Virus record (IMG/VR): IMGVR_UViG_3300048074_000119
DNA from: a virus
Length of the DNA stretch: 44,525 nucleotides
Direction: 5' to 3' (one strand)
Part shown: one piece after another, positions 9,801 to 18,408 of the stretch
How positions within the stretch are numbered: position 1 is the stretch's first letter
Layout: each line of letters starts with the position of its first letter
Made by a program: the position numbers and the translations under genes
Notes under the pieces: model-generated
Databases searched by the model: none
What the model saw: only the letters and a program-made list of their open reading frames with translations
What the model was told of the DNA's origin: nothing

Positions 9801-10713
9801 TCCCGGAGGCCATCCCGGCCGCGATGTGGGCGGGGCGGGGCGGCACGGCGACGGGATAGACCCGGCGCATGAGGTCGACGGGGGCGACGCTCGGGACGAA
9901 GGCCTCGAGATCCTGGGAGGCCCCGGCCTTGTTGGTGATCGACCAGGGGCGGAGCTTGGCGAGGAGCGCCTTGGTGTCGACGTGGTCGATCTCGAGGTCA
10001 GAACTCCTGCTGTAGAGCGAGGACGGGCTCAAGGCAGGGACCGCGGTGCGCGTGCGGCACGCATCGCCGAGGACGGGAAGGGAAGCGGGGTCCAACGCCC
10101 AGGTCCGTACGAGGAGGGCGACCGAGTTGTCGGGCGCAAGCGGCTCGTCGACGATGCGCTTGGCGACGAGGACGACCTGACGGTAGGCCTTGAAGTCGTC
10201 GTCCGGGAACCGGAAGCACCGGAGGTCGGTGTAGCTGCGGGCGAGGGTCTCGGCCGAGGCGGCGAGCGCGTAGTGGGGGACGACGAAGACGAGGACGCCG
10301 CCGCTGGCGAGCGAGTCGGTGAAGCGGGCGAGGAACCGTTCCTCGAGCCGCTCGTGCTCCCGGTCGAGGTCGTAGGGCGGGTTCAGGTACAGGAGCGAGG
10401 CGAAGGGCTTGGTCCAGCGGGCGCGGAAGGCGTCGGCGTGGTGCGCGTCGCTCACGGTGCGCGTGAGTGCGGTGAAGCGCGACTTCTCCATCTCGATGGC
10501 GACCCACTTGGGGGCCTTGGCACCCAGGCGGTTGGTGAGCTCGACGAGGGCAGCGCCGTCCCCGGCGCAGGGGTCGAACGCCACGACGCGGGGGCGAGAG
10601 TAGTTCTCGGCCTCCCGTTCCTCGGGCGGCACGAGCAGCTGCGCGATGAGGGGGATCAGGTGCGGCGGCGTCGGGTAGTACCCGGCGACGGCGACGCTCT
10701 CGAGACGAGCCAT
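6835..10713 (-). CDS. N6-adenine methyltransferase (DUF6094-like) fused to an SF2/SNF2-type helicase
   Basis: GYYPTP, FDPCAGDG (motif I), LYLNPPY (motif IV); LLGEIGSGKS (Walker A), IVDEGHE (DExH), MTGT, QAIGRVDRIGQ (motif VI). Confidence 0.9.
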   Translation of the reverse strand: MARLESVAVAGYYPTPPHLIPLIAQLLVPPEEREAENYSRPRVVAFDPCAGDGAALVELTNRLGAKAPKWVAIEMEKSRFTALTRTVSDAHHADAFRARWTKPFASLLYLNPPYDLDREHERLEERFLARFTDSLASGGVLVFVVPHYALAASAETLARSYTDLRCFRFPDDDFKAYRQVVLVAKRIVDEPLAPDNSVALLVRTWALDPASLPVLGDACRTRTAVPALSPSSLYSRSSDLEIDHVDTKALLAKLRPWSITNKAGASQDLEAFVPSVAPVDLMRRVYPVAVPPRPAHIAAGMASGIFNGARVEPNPGSHLPPLLVKGVFDREYRTIEEKVNKDGEVVGEVQVQQPKMVTTVLDLSTYAYHTLKAGTDVTPGKVAVCEMTAADLLSHYSTSLMRVMEQQCPVLYDPRYHANAVTLHPSPRKLFAAQAHAARALVRLLAQPDRAAILLGEIGSGKSTVSVVAARSLGAKRLLILCPPHLLASWQEQFEAIAPDVDVHVLRDVLDLERLAKAVKAAPERPVVGLLSREAAKLGHAYVGVQGSGCPKCGAPLHGGDFAKTRARCKAQTRHPKDRLAESVVELAIRLQPHYPAEPNVASLLDGRMAQTRGDAYLMRNEKRKRKPAWTVPTGWSGLPIVADRSSPFHHIIFECTRLLRNEVESTIPEVTKKAERALCLSLLALADPRLIVETIHHLGLKEYGMDTGPAAQCLLLLPPGAERDQALVVFEKLVAEKRVQMAGRWYDSYGNPVAKLREHLAEVDKGNKLPEWSFTLSPSHRGGETKIEDDAPGTAAMALRAFRAACTLARFKHSPVCDEPLYQGVADPVRLPLARLISRRHRKLFDFLIVDEGHEYATDGSAQERSAHRLTNMGLPTILMTGTIMNGYAESLFSNFWAISRRFRGEFLREHRSLFVERYGFRKRLVEEKQDGEIIAFGSVTDRVERNHRILGNAPGVLPLFLMTHLLPMSVTLHKSDLSIELPKCEQRNVDLKAEGELFQHYQALRNKLIAQIRSDRFKKDLAGKLWGQLAELPSYLDRATLDVGNDHGDQFAIEYPPTVKDGGIVASVPLLPASTILPKEQWMLDLVEAELEAGRNVLVFGWHTKLMPRLARIIAERIGERVPILHADKVSTAKRQDWINKEVIAKKSRVLVANPVTVQTGLNNLVHFSTEVWMQNPACNPLTFRQAIGRVDRIGQTRPTSIYVPKYANTIQTQALDLLMRKVAVSVATDGLDPESALQAAGVAEDSYLVGLSIGKQLYAMLTDNEALEGGASRPKRLGATKDSSVRLTG

Positions 10714-10746
10714 GGTGGTCGGGTCCTTTCGGGGGTTGGGGGTGGA

Positions 10747-11286
10747 CTACTTCTTCTTCCGGAGCCGGTAGGCGCCGCGCTTGTTCTTGTAGATGTCGTC
10801 GTCTCGGTTGACCGTCACCGCAGCAACCGCGTTCAGCCGCTTGCCAGCCAAAGTGGCGCGGCGGACCTTGCGGCCGTGCTCGCGATTCGCCTCGATGACA
10901 GCGCGCTTCGTGGCGGCCTCGTGCTTCCGCTGCATCTCCGCGAGGAGCGGGGCCATGTTGCAGCCGATGTCGGCGAAGAGGAGCATCGTCTGGCCAACCG
11001 TCAGCTCGAGCCCTTCCGCCACCTCGCGGATGCGCTGAACGTCCTCGCGGGTCGCGAAGAACTTGATGTGGGCCAGTTCAAAGGACTCGGCCTTCTCGGG
11101 CGTGCCGGACAACGGGAAGATCGAGTTCGACAGCTTCGTGCTCCGCGCCGTCCGGTCGCGCTCCAGCAGACCGTGCACGCGGCCGCCGCAGCGAAGGCAC
11201 ATGGCAGGGGTGCTGTCGCTCGCAGTCATGTGCGTCGGGCCCAGCGTGCGGTCGCACATGAAGCACGTGGGCTTCTTGGCGGTCAC
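10747..11286 (-). CDS. Hypothetical zinc-finger protein
   Basis: GTG start; CFMC...CLRC. Confidence 0.6.
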   Translation of the reverse strand: MTAKKPTCFMCDRTLGPTHMTASDSTPAMCLRCGGRVHGLLERDRTARSTKLSNSIFPLSGTPEKAESFELAHIKFFATREDVQRIREVAEGLELTVGQTMLLFADIGCNMAPLLAEMQRKHEAATKRAVIEANREHGRKVRRATLAGKRLNAVAAVTVNRDDDIYKNKRGAYRLRKKK

Positions 11287-11606
11287 GACCCGCTCCCCCG
11301 CTTCGCGCGCCCGGCCTCGTCGCGTAGGTGACGCACGACCTTCGGCGCGGGCTCGTCGAGACCGAAGGTGCGCATGACGGCCTCGCGCTCGGCCTTGAGC
11401 GGCGCGGCGTTCGGGTGACGCGACGGCGCGACCTCGCGCGCGGCGCTGAGCACGGTGACGAGCGCGTTGCGGATCGCGTTCGTGTTGACCGGGGTCGTCG
11501 TGCACGCGGCCTCGACGTGGGCGTGAAGGACGTGGGTGAGGCGGCTGTGCTCCGAGCGACGGATGGCGCGGAGGTTGCGACGATGGCGGCGGGCACGAGG
11601 GTTCAT
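11283..11606 (-). CDS. Hypothetical basic protein
   Basis: MNPRARRHRRNLRAIRR...; ATGA overlap. Confidence 0.55.
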   Translation of the reverse strand: MNPRARRHRRNLRAIRRSEHSRLTHVLHAHVEAACTTTPVNTNAIRNALVTVLSAAREVAPSRHPNAAPLKAEREAVMRTFGLDEPAPKVVRHLRDEAGRAKRGSGS

Positions 11607-12088
11607 GAGGAGAGTCCTTCTTGGTCGAGCGGGTTCTTGGTGGGCGGTGGGAGGAGCAGTTCTCGCCGACGCTTCATGTTGGCGTAGGCCTCGGCCGCAC
11701 CTCGATCGGCGTGGTCGACGAGGTCGCGGTGGACCTTGTCGATGTGCCGCGCTGCGTAGCGTTCGGCGATGTAGGCGGCGACGCCGCAGAGGCAGAAGAC
11801 GAAGATGATGTTCATGGCGATGTTCGTGCCGATGCCGAACCGTTGGCGCATGAAGTCGCTGAAGAAGATCGCGATGCCCACGCCCACGATGGCCGCGGAG
11901 AGGGGGGCGTAGACCTTGTTGTGCAGGCACTCGTTGGCTTTGAGGCGAACCACCCAGCTGAGGTACGTGCGATTCGCACGCTCGATCCCCTTGAGGTACT
12001 CCACCTCCGACTCGGCGATGATGAGGCGGCGCGACGACACGCTCAGGCCGTCGCTCAGGCTCGCGGCCAGGTCTTCGTCTAGGCTCAC
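11603..12088 (-). CDS. Two-TM membrane protein
   Basis: Hydrophobic LSAAIVGVGIAIFF and IAMNIIFVFCLCGVAAYI. Confidence 0.7.
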   Translation of the reverse strand: MSLDEDLAASLSDGLSVSSRRLIIAESEVEYLKGIERANRTYLSWVVRLKANECLHNKVYAPLSAAIVGVGIAIFFSDFMRQRFGIGTNIAMNIIFVFCLCGVAAYIAERYAARHIDKVHRDLVDHADRGAAEAYANMKRRRELLLPPPTKNPLDQEGLSS

Positions 12089-12156
12089 GGCCGCTTCTCA
12101 CGCTTCGCGGAGTAGGGCCAATACAGGATGCGAAAGAACACGTTCCAGAACAGCAT
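12085..12156 (-). CDS. 23-aa aromatic/basic micropeptide MLFWNVFFRILYWPYSAKREKRP
   Basis: AAGGAGG SD 5 nt before the ATG; TGA overlaps the GTG of the next gene; below the ORF-track cutoff. Confidence 0.6.
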   Translation of the reverse strand: MLFWNVFFRILYWPYSAKREKRP

Positions 12157-12172
12157 GGGGGCCTCCTTGTGC

Positions 12173-12188
12173 GCTAACGCATGTTAGC
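12173..12188. promoter_or_regulatory. Palindromic operator-like site GCTAAC-N4-GTTAGC (copy 1)
   Basis: GCTAAC GCAT GTTAGC, intergenic; second copy at 17389. Confidence 0.55.
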
Positions 12189-12206
12189 ACATGGGTCGAA
12201 CATGGG

Positions 12207-13079
12207 CTAGTGGCGACGGGCGAGTGGCCGGCCGGGGGTGCCGGTCTTCTGGACGAAGACGGTGGTCTCTGCGGCCAGCAGGGTCTCGAACTCCTCGTGC
12301 TTGGCCTTGAAGGCGATGGCGCCCCCGAAGCCAGCCTCTGTGGCGCCCTCGACCACGAACGAGTCGAACTCGGCGGCGTAGCCCAGCGGTCGCCGGTCGT
12401 GGTACCCGTACCCGCTCGGGCGCTTGTCGCGCGCGAACCCGGCGAGTCCATCGCGCAGGCAGGCGAGCAACAGGTGCAGGTAGAACCGTCCATCGGCGAG
12501 GATGGGGCAGCGGGTCCGCCGGTCGAGGAACGCGGCGAACAGGTACGAGAGCGGGGCGAGCCGCATCAGGTGGTCTTCGGTCAGCTGATCGAAGCCGATG
12601 CCGGTGACGTAGCGGACCATCATCCGGTAGGTGTCGCGCAGCTCGCTGGCCTCCGCGCGGTCTTCGGGCTCTTGGTGGAGCCAGGCTGCCCGCGGGAGGG
12701 TGACGAAGCGGATCGCGTCGGGGTCGACCATCCCCGGGTCGATGCGGAAGAGGTCGGGGATGCAGACCGTGGCGATGGCGCCCTCGGTCTCGCGCTGGGT
12801 GAACACCTGGTAGCCGCCCGACCGGAGGAACTCGACGCGGACCTTGTCGCGGCGTGAGCCACCATCGAACTCGGCCTTGCGGCCCAGCTGGAGGTTGGTG
12901 ACGAACGGTCGGAGCTCGGCGTCGCCCGCCGCGAACACGGCGAGCACGGGGCGCACGACGTCGCTGTTGGGCGCGAGCGGGGACAGGCAGTCGGCCTGCA
13001 CCATCGCCAGGCACATCGCCCGGAAGGAGCGGCCCTTGCCTTCCTCCTTGGGGGCGATGGTGATGCCGCGGGGCTCCAT
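12207..13079 (-). CDS. Hypothetical protein
   Basis: MEPRGITIAP..., 290 aa, high GC3. Confidence 0.75.
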   Translation of the reverse strand: MEPRGITIAPKEEGKGRSFRAMCLAMVQADCLSPLAPNSDVVRPVLAVFAAGDAELRPFVTNLQLGRKAEFDGGSRRDKVRVEFLRSGGYQVFTQRETEGAIATVCIPDLFRIDPGMVDPDAIRFVTLPRAAWLHQEPEDRAEASELRDTYRMMVRYVTGIGFDQLTEDHLMRLAPLSYLFAAFLDRRTRCPILADGRFYLHLLLACLRDGLAGFARDKRPSGYGYHDRRPLGYAAEFDSFVVEGATEAGFGGAIAFKAKHEEFETLLAAETTVFVQKTGTPGRPLARRH

Positions 13080-13270
13080 CAGGAGACCCCCCGCGGCGGG
13101 ACGTCGTTCCAGTCGACGATCCACCGCGCGAGCAGCTCGAGCGCCTTGGAGTCGGGGTCGAACCCCTGGTCGCTGAGGGTGACCTCGGCGTCGCCGGTGG
13201 TCTCGATGGGCTTGGTCTTACGGGTCCGCCTGCGGCGCATGATGGGTCCTTTCTTGGTGGTGAAGTTCAT
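13079..13270 (-). CDS. Small hypothetical protein
   Basis: 63-aa ORF; an internal start (MRRRR) behind GAAAGGA is also possible. Confidence 0.5.
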   Translation of the reverse strand: MNFTTKKGPIMRRRRTRKTKPIETTGDAEVTLSDQGFDPDSKALELLARWIVDWNDVPPRGVS

Positions 13271-13473
13271 GGCGAGTAGACGCTCAGATGTGGGACGTCT
13301 CGATCGACAGGCACGCTCGCCGACCAGTCCGTCCCAACGATCGGGGTGGCCGAGAAGCGCAGCCGGATGCTGTCGCGACGCTGGTAGTGAAGGACGACAC
13401 CCACGACGAAGCCGTAGGCCACGAACATGGAGCCATCGATCCAGTTGCCAACGTCGGTCTGCTCGATCTCCAT
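13267..13473 (-). CDS. Small hypothetical protein
   Basis: 68-aa ORF, GAGGGA SD. Confidence 0.5.
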   Translation of the reverse strand: MEIEQTDVGNWIDGSMFVAYGFVVGVVLHYQRRDSIRLRFSATPIVGTDWSASVPVDRDVPHLSVYSP

Positions 13474-13507
13474 AGGTCCCTCACGGTGGTCAGCGACTGT
13501 GGGAGTA

Positions 13508-13762
13508 TCAGAGGACCTTGACGCTCTTGGTGATGATGCCGTCGCGGACGACGTCGTCGGTCTCCGCGGGCCGCGTGCACCAAGTGCAGTGCTCGCGCGA
13601 GGCCAAGACGGTGTGCTTGCACACCTTCGGCCGATCGATGCCCCACCGTTCCATGAGGCCAGCGATCGAGTCGTTCGAGGCCCCGAGGGCCACGGCGTCC
13701 CGCACGGCGGCGATCAGTAGCGAAGCGTTCTTGCGGGTGATCTTGTTCTCGTTGCGGCTCAT
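13508..13762 (-). CDS. Small hypothetical protein with Cys/His motif
   Basis: MSRNENK...CKH...HCTWC. Confidence 0.55.
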   Translation of the reverse strand: MSRNENKITRKNASLLIAAVRDAVALGASNDSIAGLMERWGIDRPKVCKHTVLASREHCTWCTRPAETDDVVRDGIITKSVKVL

Positions 13763-13770
13763 GGGACCTC

Positions 13771-14787
13771 TCACGCGGCCTTCGACCGCTTGGTCTTCGG
13801 TTTGGTGGACGCCACCGGCTTCGCGACGGGCGCGGGGCCGACGCGCACGAGGTCAACGGCCCCCGTGAGGGCGCGCTGGGCCACGTTGGCGTTGCTCTGG
13901 CACAGGAAGCGGATGTGCCCCTTGCGGGTGGGGGCGTCGCTCCAGTGGAGGGTCAGGGCCGCCTTGTAGACGGGGGGCAGGCGGCGGACGGGGCCGTAGA
14001 GCGGGCGCATGTCGCGGGCCCGCACGGTCAGCCCCGCCCGCTGCTCGAGCTGCTCGGGCTCGTACTCCTCCCAGTCGGCCTCGTCGACGACGTCGGCGCG
14101 CTCTTGGAAGGGGAGGCTGGTCTTGGGGCGGACGATCCGCGCCTCTTGCACGACCTCCCAGGTGACCCGTCCCTTGAAGGTGGCGTCGACCCCGCAGGCC
14201 CGCATGTGGCTGCGCACGAGGCGCAGCGCGGCCACGACGTCGGTCCGGTGCAGCACGAGCACCGGGTCCATGGGGGCGACGGCCTCGCCGAAGTCGAGCG
14301 CGACGTCGGCGCAGCGCGCTTCCTCGAAGAGCTCGCCGAGGGCGACGATGGAGACGGCTACCTCGGGGGGCGGAGCGTCCAGGGTGCCCGGCTCGGGCTC
14401 GCGGACGATGACCCGCTGGACGATGCGCGGGGCGATGCAGGTGAGGCCCCACGTCGTGGCCTCGTGGCGCATCGTGGCCAGGTGGTCCTTGGTGGCGTCG
14501 CCGAGGAAGCGGGCGAATGTCCAGCGCTGCGCGCGGTCGAACGGGTCGAACGGTTCCCCGGCCTCCTCGGCCGCGGCGGAGGGGCAGAGCATGGCGTCGG
14601 GGGCGTGCTCGAGCGTCGCCCGGAACTGCCCCGGGGTCTTCGCGCAGAGGTCGGCCAGGGCCGCCTCGTGGTCCCTCAGAACCGCGCGGACGGCGTTGGG
14701 GCAGCCGTCCGGTCCGTTCATCGCGTTCTCGAGGGCGTCGACCGCCGCACGGGCGGCGTCGTAGCGGGCCGTGGGCGTCATGGTCAT
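13771..14787 (-). CDS. Hypothetical protein
   Basis: 338-aa ORF, GCTGAAAGG SD. Confidence 0.75.
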   Translation of the reverse strand: MTMTPTARYDAARAAVDALENAMNGPDGCPNAVRAVLRDHEAALADLCAKTPGQFRATLEHAPDAMLCPSAAAEEAGEPFDPFDRAQRWTFARFLGDATKDHLATMRHEATTWGLTCIAPRIVQRVIVREPEPGTLDAPPPEVAVSIVALGELFEEARCADVALDFGEAVAPMDPVLVLHRTDVVAALRLVRSHMRACGVDATFKGRVTWEVVQEARIVRPKTSLPFQERADVVDEADWEEYEPEQLEQRAGLTVRARDMRPLYGPVRRLPPVYKAALTLHWSDAPTRKGHIRFLCQSNANVAQRALTGAVDLVRVGPAPVAKPVASTKPKTKRSKAA

Positions 14788-14794
14788 GGTCCTT

Positions 14795-15190
14795 TCAGCC
14801 AGTCTCGCGAGTGGCTTCCTCTGTGAAGCGGATGTAGTCGGTGAGGCTGAGCCGCTTGAGCGACACGCCGCGGGTGTAGCCGATGACCTCGGCGCAGTAG
14901 AAGACGAGGTCGTAGCGCTCGGGGTTGGCGGCGACCTTCTCGCGCAGGGTGTCGGGCGTCGCCGCGTCGACCGCAGCGTTGAGGACGTCCTGCATGCGAT
15001 GCGGGCTGAGGGTGGTCATCCCCCCGGTGCCGCTGTTCGAGAAGGTGCCGATGAGGAGACCGGCCTTGTCGAAGATCGACCCCTGCCAGTAGGGGGTCTC
15101 CTCGCCACGGCCCCGCTGCTCGAAGCGGATGCCGTACTCGCCGACGGTGATGATCTTGGCGCGGCTGTACCGCGGTGCGGGCTTCGGCAT
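14795..15190 (-). CDS. Hypothetical protein
   Basis: 131-aa ORF, AAGGAG SD. Confidence 0.7.
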   Translation of the reverse strand: MPKPAPRYSRAKIITVGEYGIRFEQRGRGEETPYWQGSIFDKAGLLIGTFSNSGTGGMTTLSPHRMQDVLNAAVDAATPDTLREKVAANPERYDLVFYCAEVIGYTRGVSLKRLSLTDYIRFTEEATRETG

Positions 15191-15192
15191 GG

Positions 15193-15405
15193 TCAGTGCT
15201 CCTTCGGTTTGGCGAGGTCCGCGTCGACGATCTGCTTCTCGTACTTCGCGAGCATGGGGGCGGGCATCAGATCGACCGCGATTCGCAGCGCCTCTTGCAG
15301 GTCCCCGACCTCGTGGTCTGGGTCCTCACTTTCCTCGGCGTGGGCGTGGGCGTGGGCGAAGATGGCTTCTTGGACGCGGACGACTTCCCTGGTGGGTGCG
15401 GGCAT
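15193..15405 (-). CDS. Small hypothetical protein
   Basis: MPAPTREVV..., GAGG SD. Confidence 0.55.
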   Translation of the reverse strand: MPAPTREVVRVQEAIFAHAHAHAEESEDPDHEVGDLQEALRIAVDLMPAPMLAKYEKQIVDADLAKPKEH

Positions 15406-15412
15406 GGTTCCT

Positions 15413-15661
15413 CTACTTGGTGGGTCGCGCATCCCAGAACTGGATGACGCGCCGAACGGAGTCCGCGAGCTGGGCGGAGGTGAAGTCGCGTCCGGCGCGC
15501 CCGGGGTGCAGCTCGGCGAGCATGCCGCTCGCGAACCCGATGTCGACGTCGTCGCGGCCGAAGAGGTGAAGGTGACGGCGAGCGCCGTTGTGGAAGCCGG
15601 CCACCGCGTAGAGCGCGGTGACCTCTGCGCGGGTGGGCATGATGAGGCGTGGGAAGGACAT
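15413..15661 (-). CDS. Small hypothetical protein
   Basis: MSFPRLIMP..., GGAGGAG SD. Confidence 0.55.
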   Translation of the reverse strand: MSFPRLIMPTRAEVTALYAVAGFHNGARRHLHLFGRDDVDIGFASGMLAELHPGRAGRDFTSAQLADSVRRVIQFWDARPTK

Positions 15662-15663
15662 GG

Positions 15664-16596
15664 CTACTCCTCCACCCCGGTCCATCGCTTGCCGAGCTTG
15701 CCAGTGCCCAGGACCCAGTTGAGGATCCTCGCGTGGGTGGGGAGCTGCTCGTCCTCGCCCGCGTCGCGGATGTTGACCAAGAGCGCCTCGACCTCGGTCC
15801 GCGTCCGCATGCGGACCCGTTCCTCCTTCTCGTCGGCCTTGGCCTTGCCCTTGGTGGACTCCTTGTCCTTGCTCTTGGGGGGCTTGCCGGTGGCCTCGCG
15901 GACGAAGTCCATCGCGGCGGCGCCCGCCACGATGCCGCTCTCGTTCATCTTCGCGAGCGTTTCGACCTGCTTCTCGCGAGGGAGGTCGGCGAGCTCGATG
16001 GCGACGACCATGGGGATGCCGCCCCCGCGCTTGCCGGTGCGGTTGATCTGCTTGAGGATGGTCGGGTCGAGCTGCAGGACCCGCTGCCAGTTCTCGAGCG
16101 TGTCGCGGCTGACGCCGAAGACGATCTCGGCATCCTCCATCGTGTTGCCGAGGGCGACGTAGCGCTCGAGCTTCTGCGCCTTGATGACGATGTCGTCGTC
16201 CTGCCGCTGCTCGTTCTCCGTGATCATGACCGCGGTCATCGTGGAATCGTTCCCGCGAACGATCTTGGCGGGGACCTTGATCAGTTCGGCGGAGTTGCCC
16301 TCCTCGCGCAGCCGACGGTTGGCCTCGCGGGCCGCCTTGACGCGCTGGCGCCCGTAGACGCACTCGACGATGCAGTGGCCAGTCGTGGGGTCGGTTCCGT
16401 TCTGGCGCACCTCGATGGGCTCGCGCACGCCGAACTTCATGATGTTCTTGACGAGCCACTCCCTGACGGGGAGGTTCACGCGCTCGTCGTAGAGCGGGTG
16501 GGTCTTCTCCGTGACGAGGACGATGTCGTCCGGGTCGAACAAGAACAGGTCCTGACGGCCCTTGGCGCGGTACTTCGTGAGCTGGTCGCTTCCCAT
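15664..16596 (-). CDS. ParB/Srx-like N-terminal domain protein (phage ParB-like)
   Basis: NIMKFGVREPIEVR...YGRQRVKAA (GxxR motif), ITENEQRQD, then an HTH-like segment. Confidence 0.8.
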   Translation of the reverse strand: MGSDQLTKYRAKGRQDLFLFDPDDIVLVTEKTHPLYDERVNLPVREWLVKNIMKFGVREPIEVRQNGTDPTTGHCIVECVYGRQRVKAAREANRRLREEGNSAELIKVPAKIVRGNDSTMTAVMITENEQRQDDDIVIKAQKLERYVALGNTMEDAEIVFGVSRDTLENWQRVLQLDPTILKQINRTGKRGGGIPMVVAIELADLPREKQVETLAKMNESGIVAGAAAMDFVREATGKPPKSKDKESTKGKAKADEKEERVRMRTRTEVEALLVNIRDAGEDEQLPTHARILNWVLGTGKLGKRWTGVEE

Positions 16597-16612
16597 GGTG
16601 GGGGTGTCCTTT

Positions 16613-17371
16613 CTACGTGGCGGTGTCGCCCTCGACATGGCGAAGGCTTGGGTCGATGGGAGGGGTGTCGGCCTTCTGGCGCGCGGGGATCTTGCTCGCC
16701 TCCTCGCGCAGCCGGGGCTCGAGGCCGGAGAGACTCACGTCGCGGATGCCGCCCCCGCTGACGGCGATGGCACCCCCGTAGAGGGTGTCCTCATCCTGGG
16801 CGAACCAGGTGACGAAGGAGACGCTGCGCATGTACTCGCTGAACGCGCCCTGCGTCGCGAAGGTGTCGGGGCGGGGGACAGGCGGCCGCCACTCGCGGTA
16901 GAACTCGTGGAGCAGTTCGGCGACCAGTTGCGGCGCGGTGTGGCGCTGGAACTTGCGGAACTCCGGCCACGAGAACCGGCAGTAGGCCTTGCGGCCAGGA
17001 GCGTTCGTGTCCCACGCCTCCCATGCGAACGCGAGGAACGGTTCCTCGAGCCGCTCACAGAGTTCGTCGAGCACGGGCACCACCTTGGGGAGCCACTTGA
17101 CCAGCCGCTCGTCCTCGCCGGTCATGTACTCGACCCGCTGGGCCATCGTGAACTCGGGGGAGTGGCGGTACGAGTCCGCGGCGTGGTTCGCGGTGGTGGC
17201 GAGCGCGTCGAGCCAGTCCAGCTCATCCCGCGAGAGGCCGATGAGTTCGGCGCTCAGGGCGCGGGGCTTGAGCAGGTGCTGTCGGCTGATGAGCTCGTTC
17301 TCCGCGCTCCACCAGCTCGCGGGCTTCGGCTTCATGAGGGGATCGGGAGCGAAGGTGAGGCGTCCAGGCAT
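16613..17371 (-). CDS. Hypothetical protein
   Basis: 252-aa ORF, AAGGA SD. Confidence 0.7.
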   Translation of the reverse strand: MPGRLTFAPDPLMKPKPASWWSAENELISRQHLLKPRALSAELIGLSRDELDWLDALATTANHAADSYRHSPEFTMAQRVEYMTGEDERLVKWLPKVVPVLDELCERLEEPFLAFAWEAWDTNAPGRKAYCRFSWPEFRKFQRHTAPQLVAELLHEFYREWRPPVPRPDTFATQGAFSEYMRSVSFVTWFAQDEDTLYGGAIAVSGGGIRDVSLSGLEPRLREEASKIPARQKADTPPIDPSLRHVEGDTAT

Positions 17372-17388
17372 GGCGGGTCCTTGGTGAT

Positions 17389-17404
17389 GCTAACAGGTGT
17401 TAGC
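17389..17404. promoter_or_regulatory. Palindromic operator-like site GCTAAC-N4-GTTAGC (copy 2)
   Basis: GCTAAC AGGT GTTAGC at a gene junction. Confidence 0.55.
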
Positions 17405-18011
17405 GCATGATGACGGAGCCGTCCAGCGGCAGCTCGTGTTGGTTGGTCTGGCGCAGCGTATCGGCGAGCGTCAGGGCCTCGTTCGTGGCGACCTGCTCGA
17501 GCGTGACCAGCTCCGCGTCGCAGATGCCCGCGATCGTGACCGCGTAGATCCCGGCCGCGATGTCGCCATCGGAGACCGTGGTCCACGAGACCTTGACGAC
17601 CGTGCGGTAGGCGTCGTCACCGAGCAGGGCCGGGGAGCGCCACTTCACCAAGAACCGGTGAAGGACGCGGGCGACCAGCTCGGGCTGTTCGATGCCGTGG
17701 TCGTCGATCACGTCGGACCAGTAGAAGTGCACGGTGTGGCTGAGCGGAGCGCCACGGAGGTGGACCGTCTCGGCGGCGAAGACCGACTCGTCGAAGGCGA
17801 CGGTCGCGAACCCGTAGGACGGAAGGAACGCCCCGCCAGCATCCGATCGCTTCTTGGCGTCGTACAGCTCGTCGAGCAGCTCGACGGCCTCGGGGATGGG
17901 GTCCGCGCAGTCCTCGGGTGCCGCCAGCGTGTCGACAAACCGACAGAGCCAGCGGTGTTCGAGTTCGGTCAGCGCGACGTTCGCCTGCAAGGCCTGGATG
18001 GTGGTGCTCAT
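17400..18011 (-). CDS. Hypothetical protein
   Basis: MSTTIQALQ..., ATGA overlap. Confidence 0.65.
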   Translation of the reverse strand: MSTTIQALQANVALTELEHRWLCRFVDTLAAPEDCADPIPEAVELLDELYDAKKRSDAGGAFLPSYGFATVAFDESVFAAETVHLRGAPLSHTVHFYWSDVIDDHGIEQPELVARVLHRFLVKWRSPALLGDDAYRTVVKVSWTTVSDGDIAAGIYAVTIAGICDAELVTLEQVATNEALTLADTLRQTNQHELPLDGSVIMR

Positions 18012-18220
18012 CGCGCCGCCATCCATGCGAGCAGTTCGTCGATCATCTTGTCGGCGTCGGGGCTCGGGGCGCCGTGGTGCAGCCCGTGCGAGACCTGGCA
18101 GAACGGCTCGCCGCGGCTGTCGCGGAGCGTGGCTCCAGCGGCGGCCAGACGGTCGACCTGCTCAGGCGTCAGGTCGATCTTGTTGCCGCCCGGGGTGCTG
18201 TAGGTGACGACGCGCGACAT
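18008..18220 (-). CDS. Small hypothetical protein
   Basis: MSRVVTYSTPGG..., GGAGG SD. Confidence 0.6.
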   Translation of the reverse strand: MSRVVTYSTPGGNKIDLTPEQVDRLAAAGATLRDSRGEPFCQVSHGLHHGAPSPDADKMIDELLAWMAAR

Positions 18221-18408
18221 CACAGCACCTCCATGAGCCGGTCGGCCATCTGATCGGCCTCGGTGGCCTGCGTGGCGAACTGCTCCGACATGCGCGTGTC
18301 GCCGCTCTTGGCGAACCCGTCGCGGTCACGCTCGTACGCCGTCTTGGCGGTGAGGAGCGCGTTGACGACGGAGAGCAGTTCGGATTCGGTCAGCGTGACG
18401 TTGGGCAT
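18220..18408 (-). CDS. Small hypothetical protein
   Basis: MPNVTLTESELL..., AGGAGG SD. Confidence 0.6.
   Translation of the reverse strand: MPNVTLTESELLSVVNALLTAKTAYERDRDGFAKSGDTRMSEQFATQATEADQMADRLMEVL

Noticed and set aside
6640-11331. 1563-aa plus-strand ORF (also 18887-20824, 29091-31358 and similar)
   Set aside because: Antisense shadows of real high-GC minus-strand genes; no recognisable motifs
12173-12192. CIRCE (HrcA) element
   Set aside because: Only TTAGCAC matches; arm orientation and spacing do not fit TTAGCACTC-N9-GAGTGCTAA
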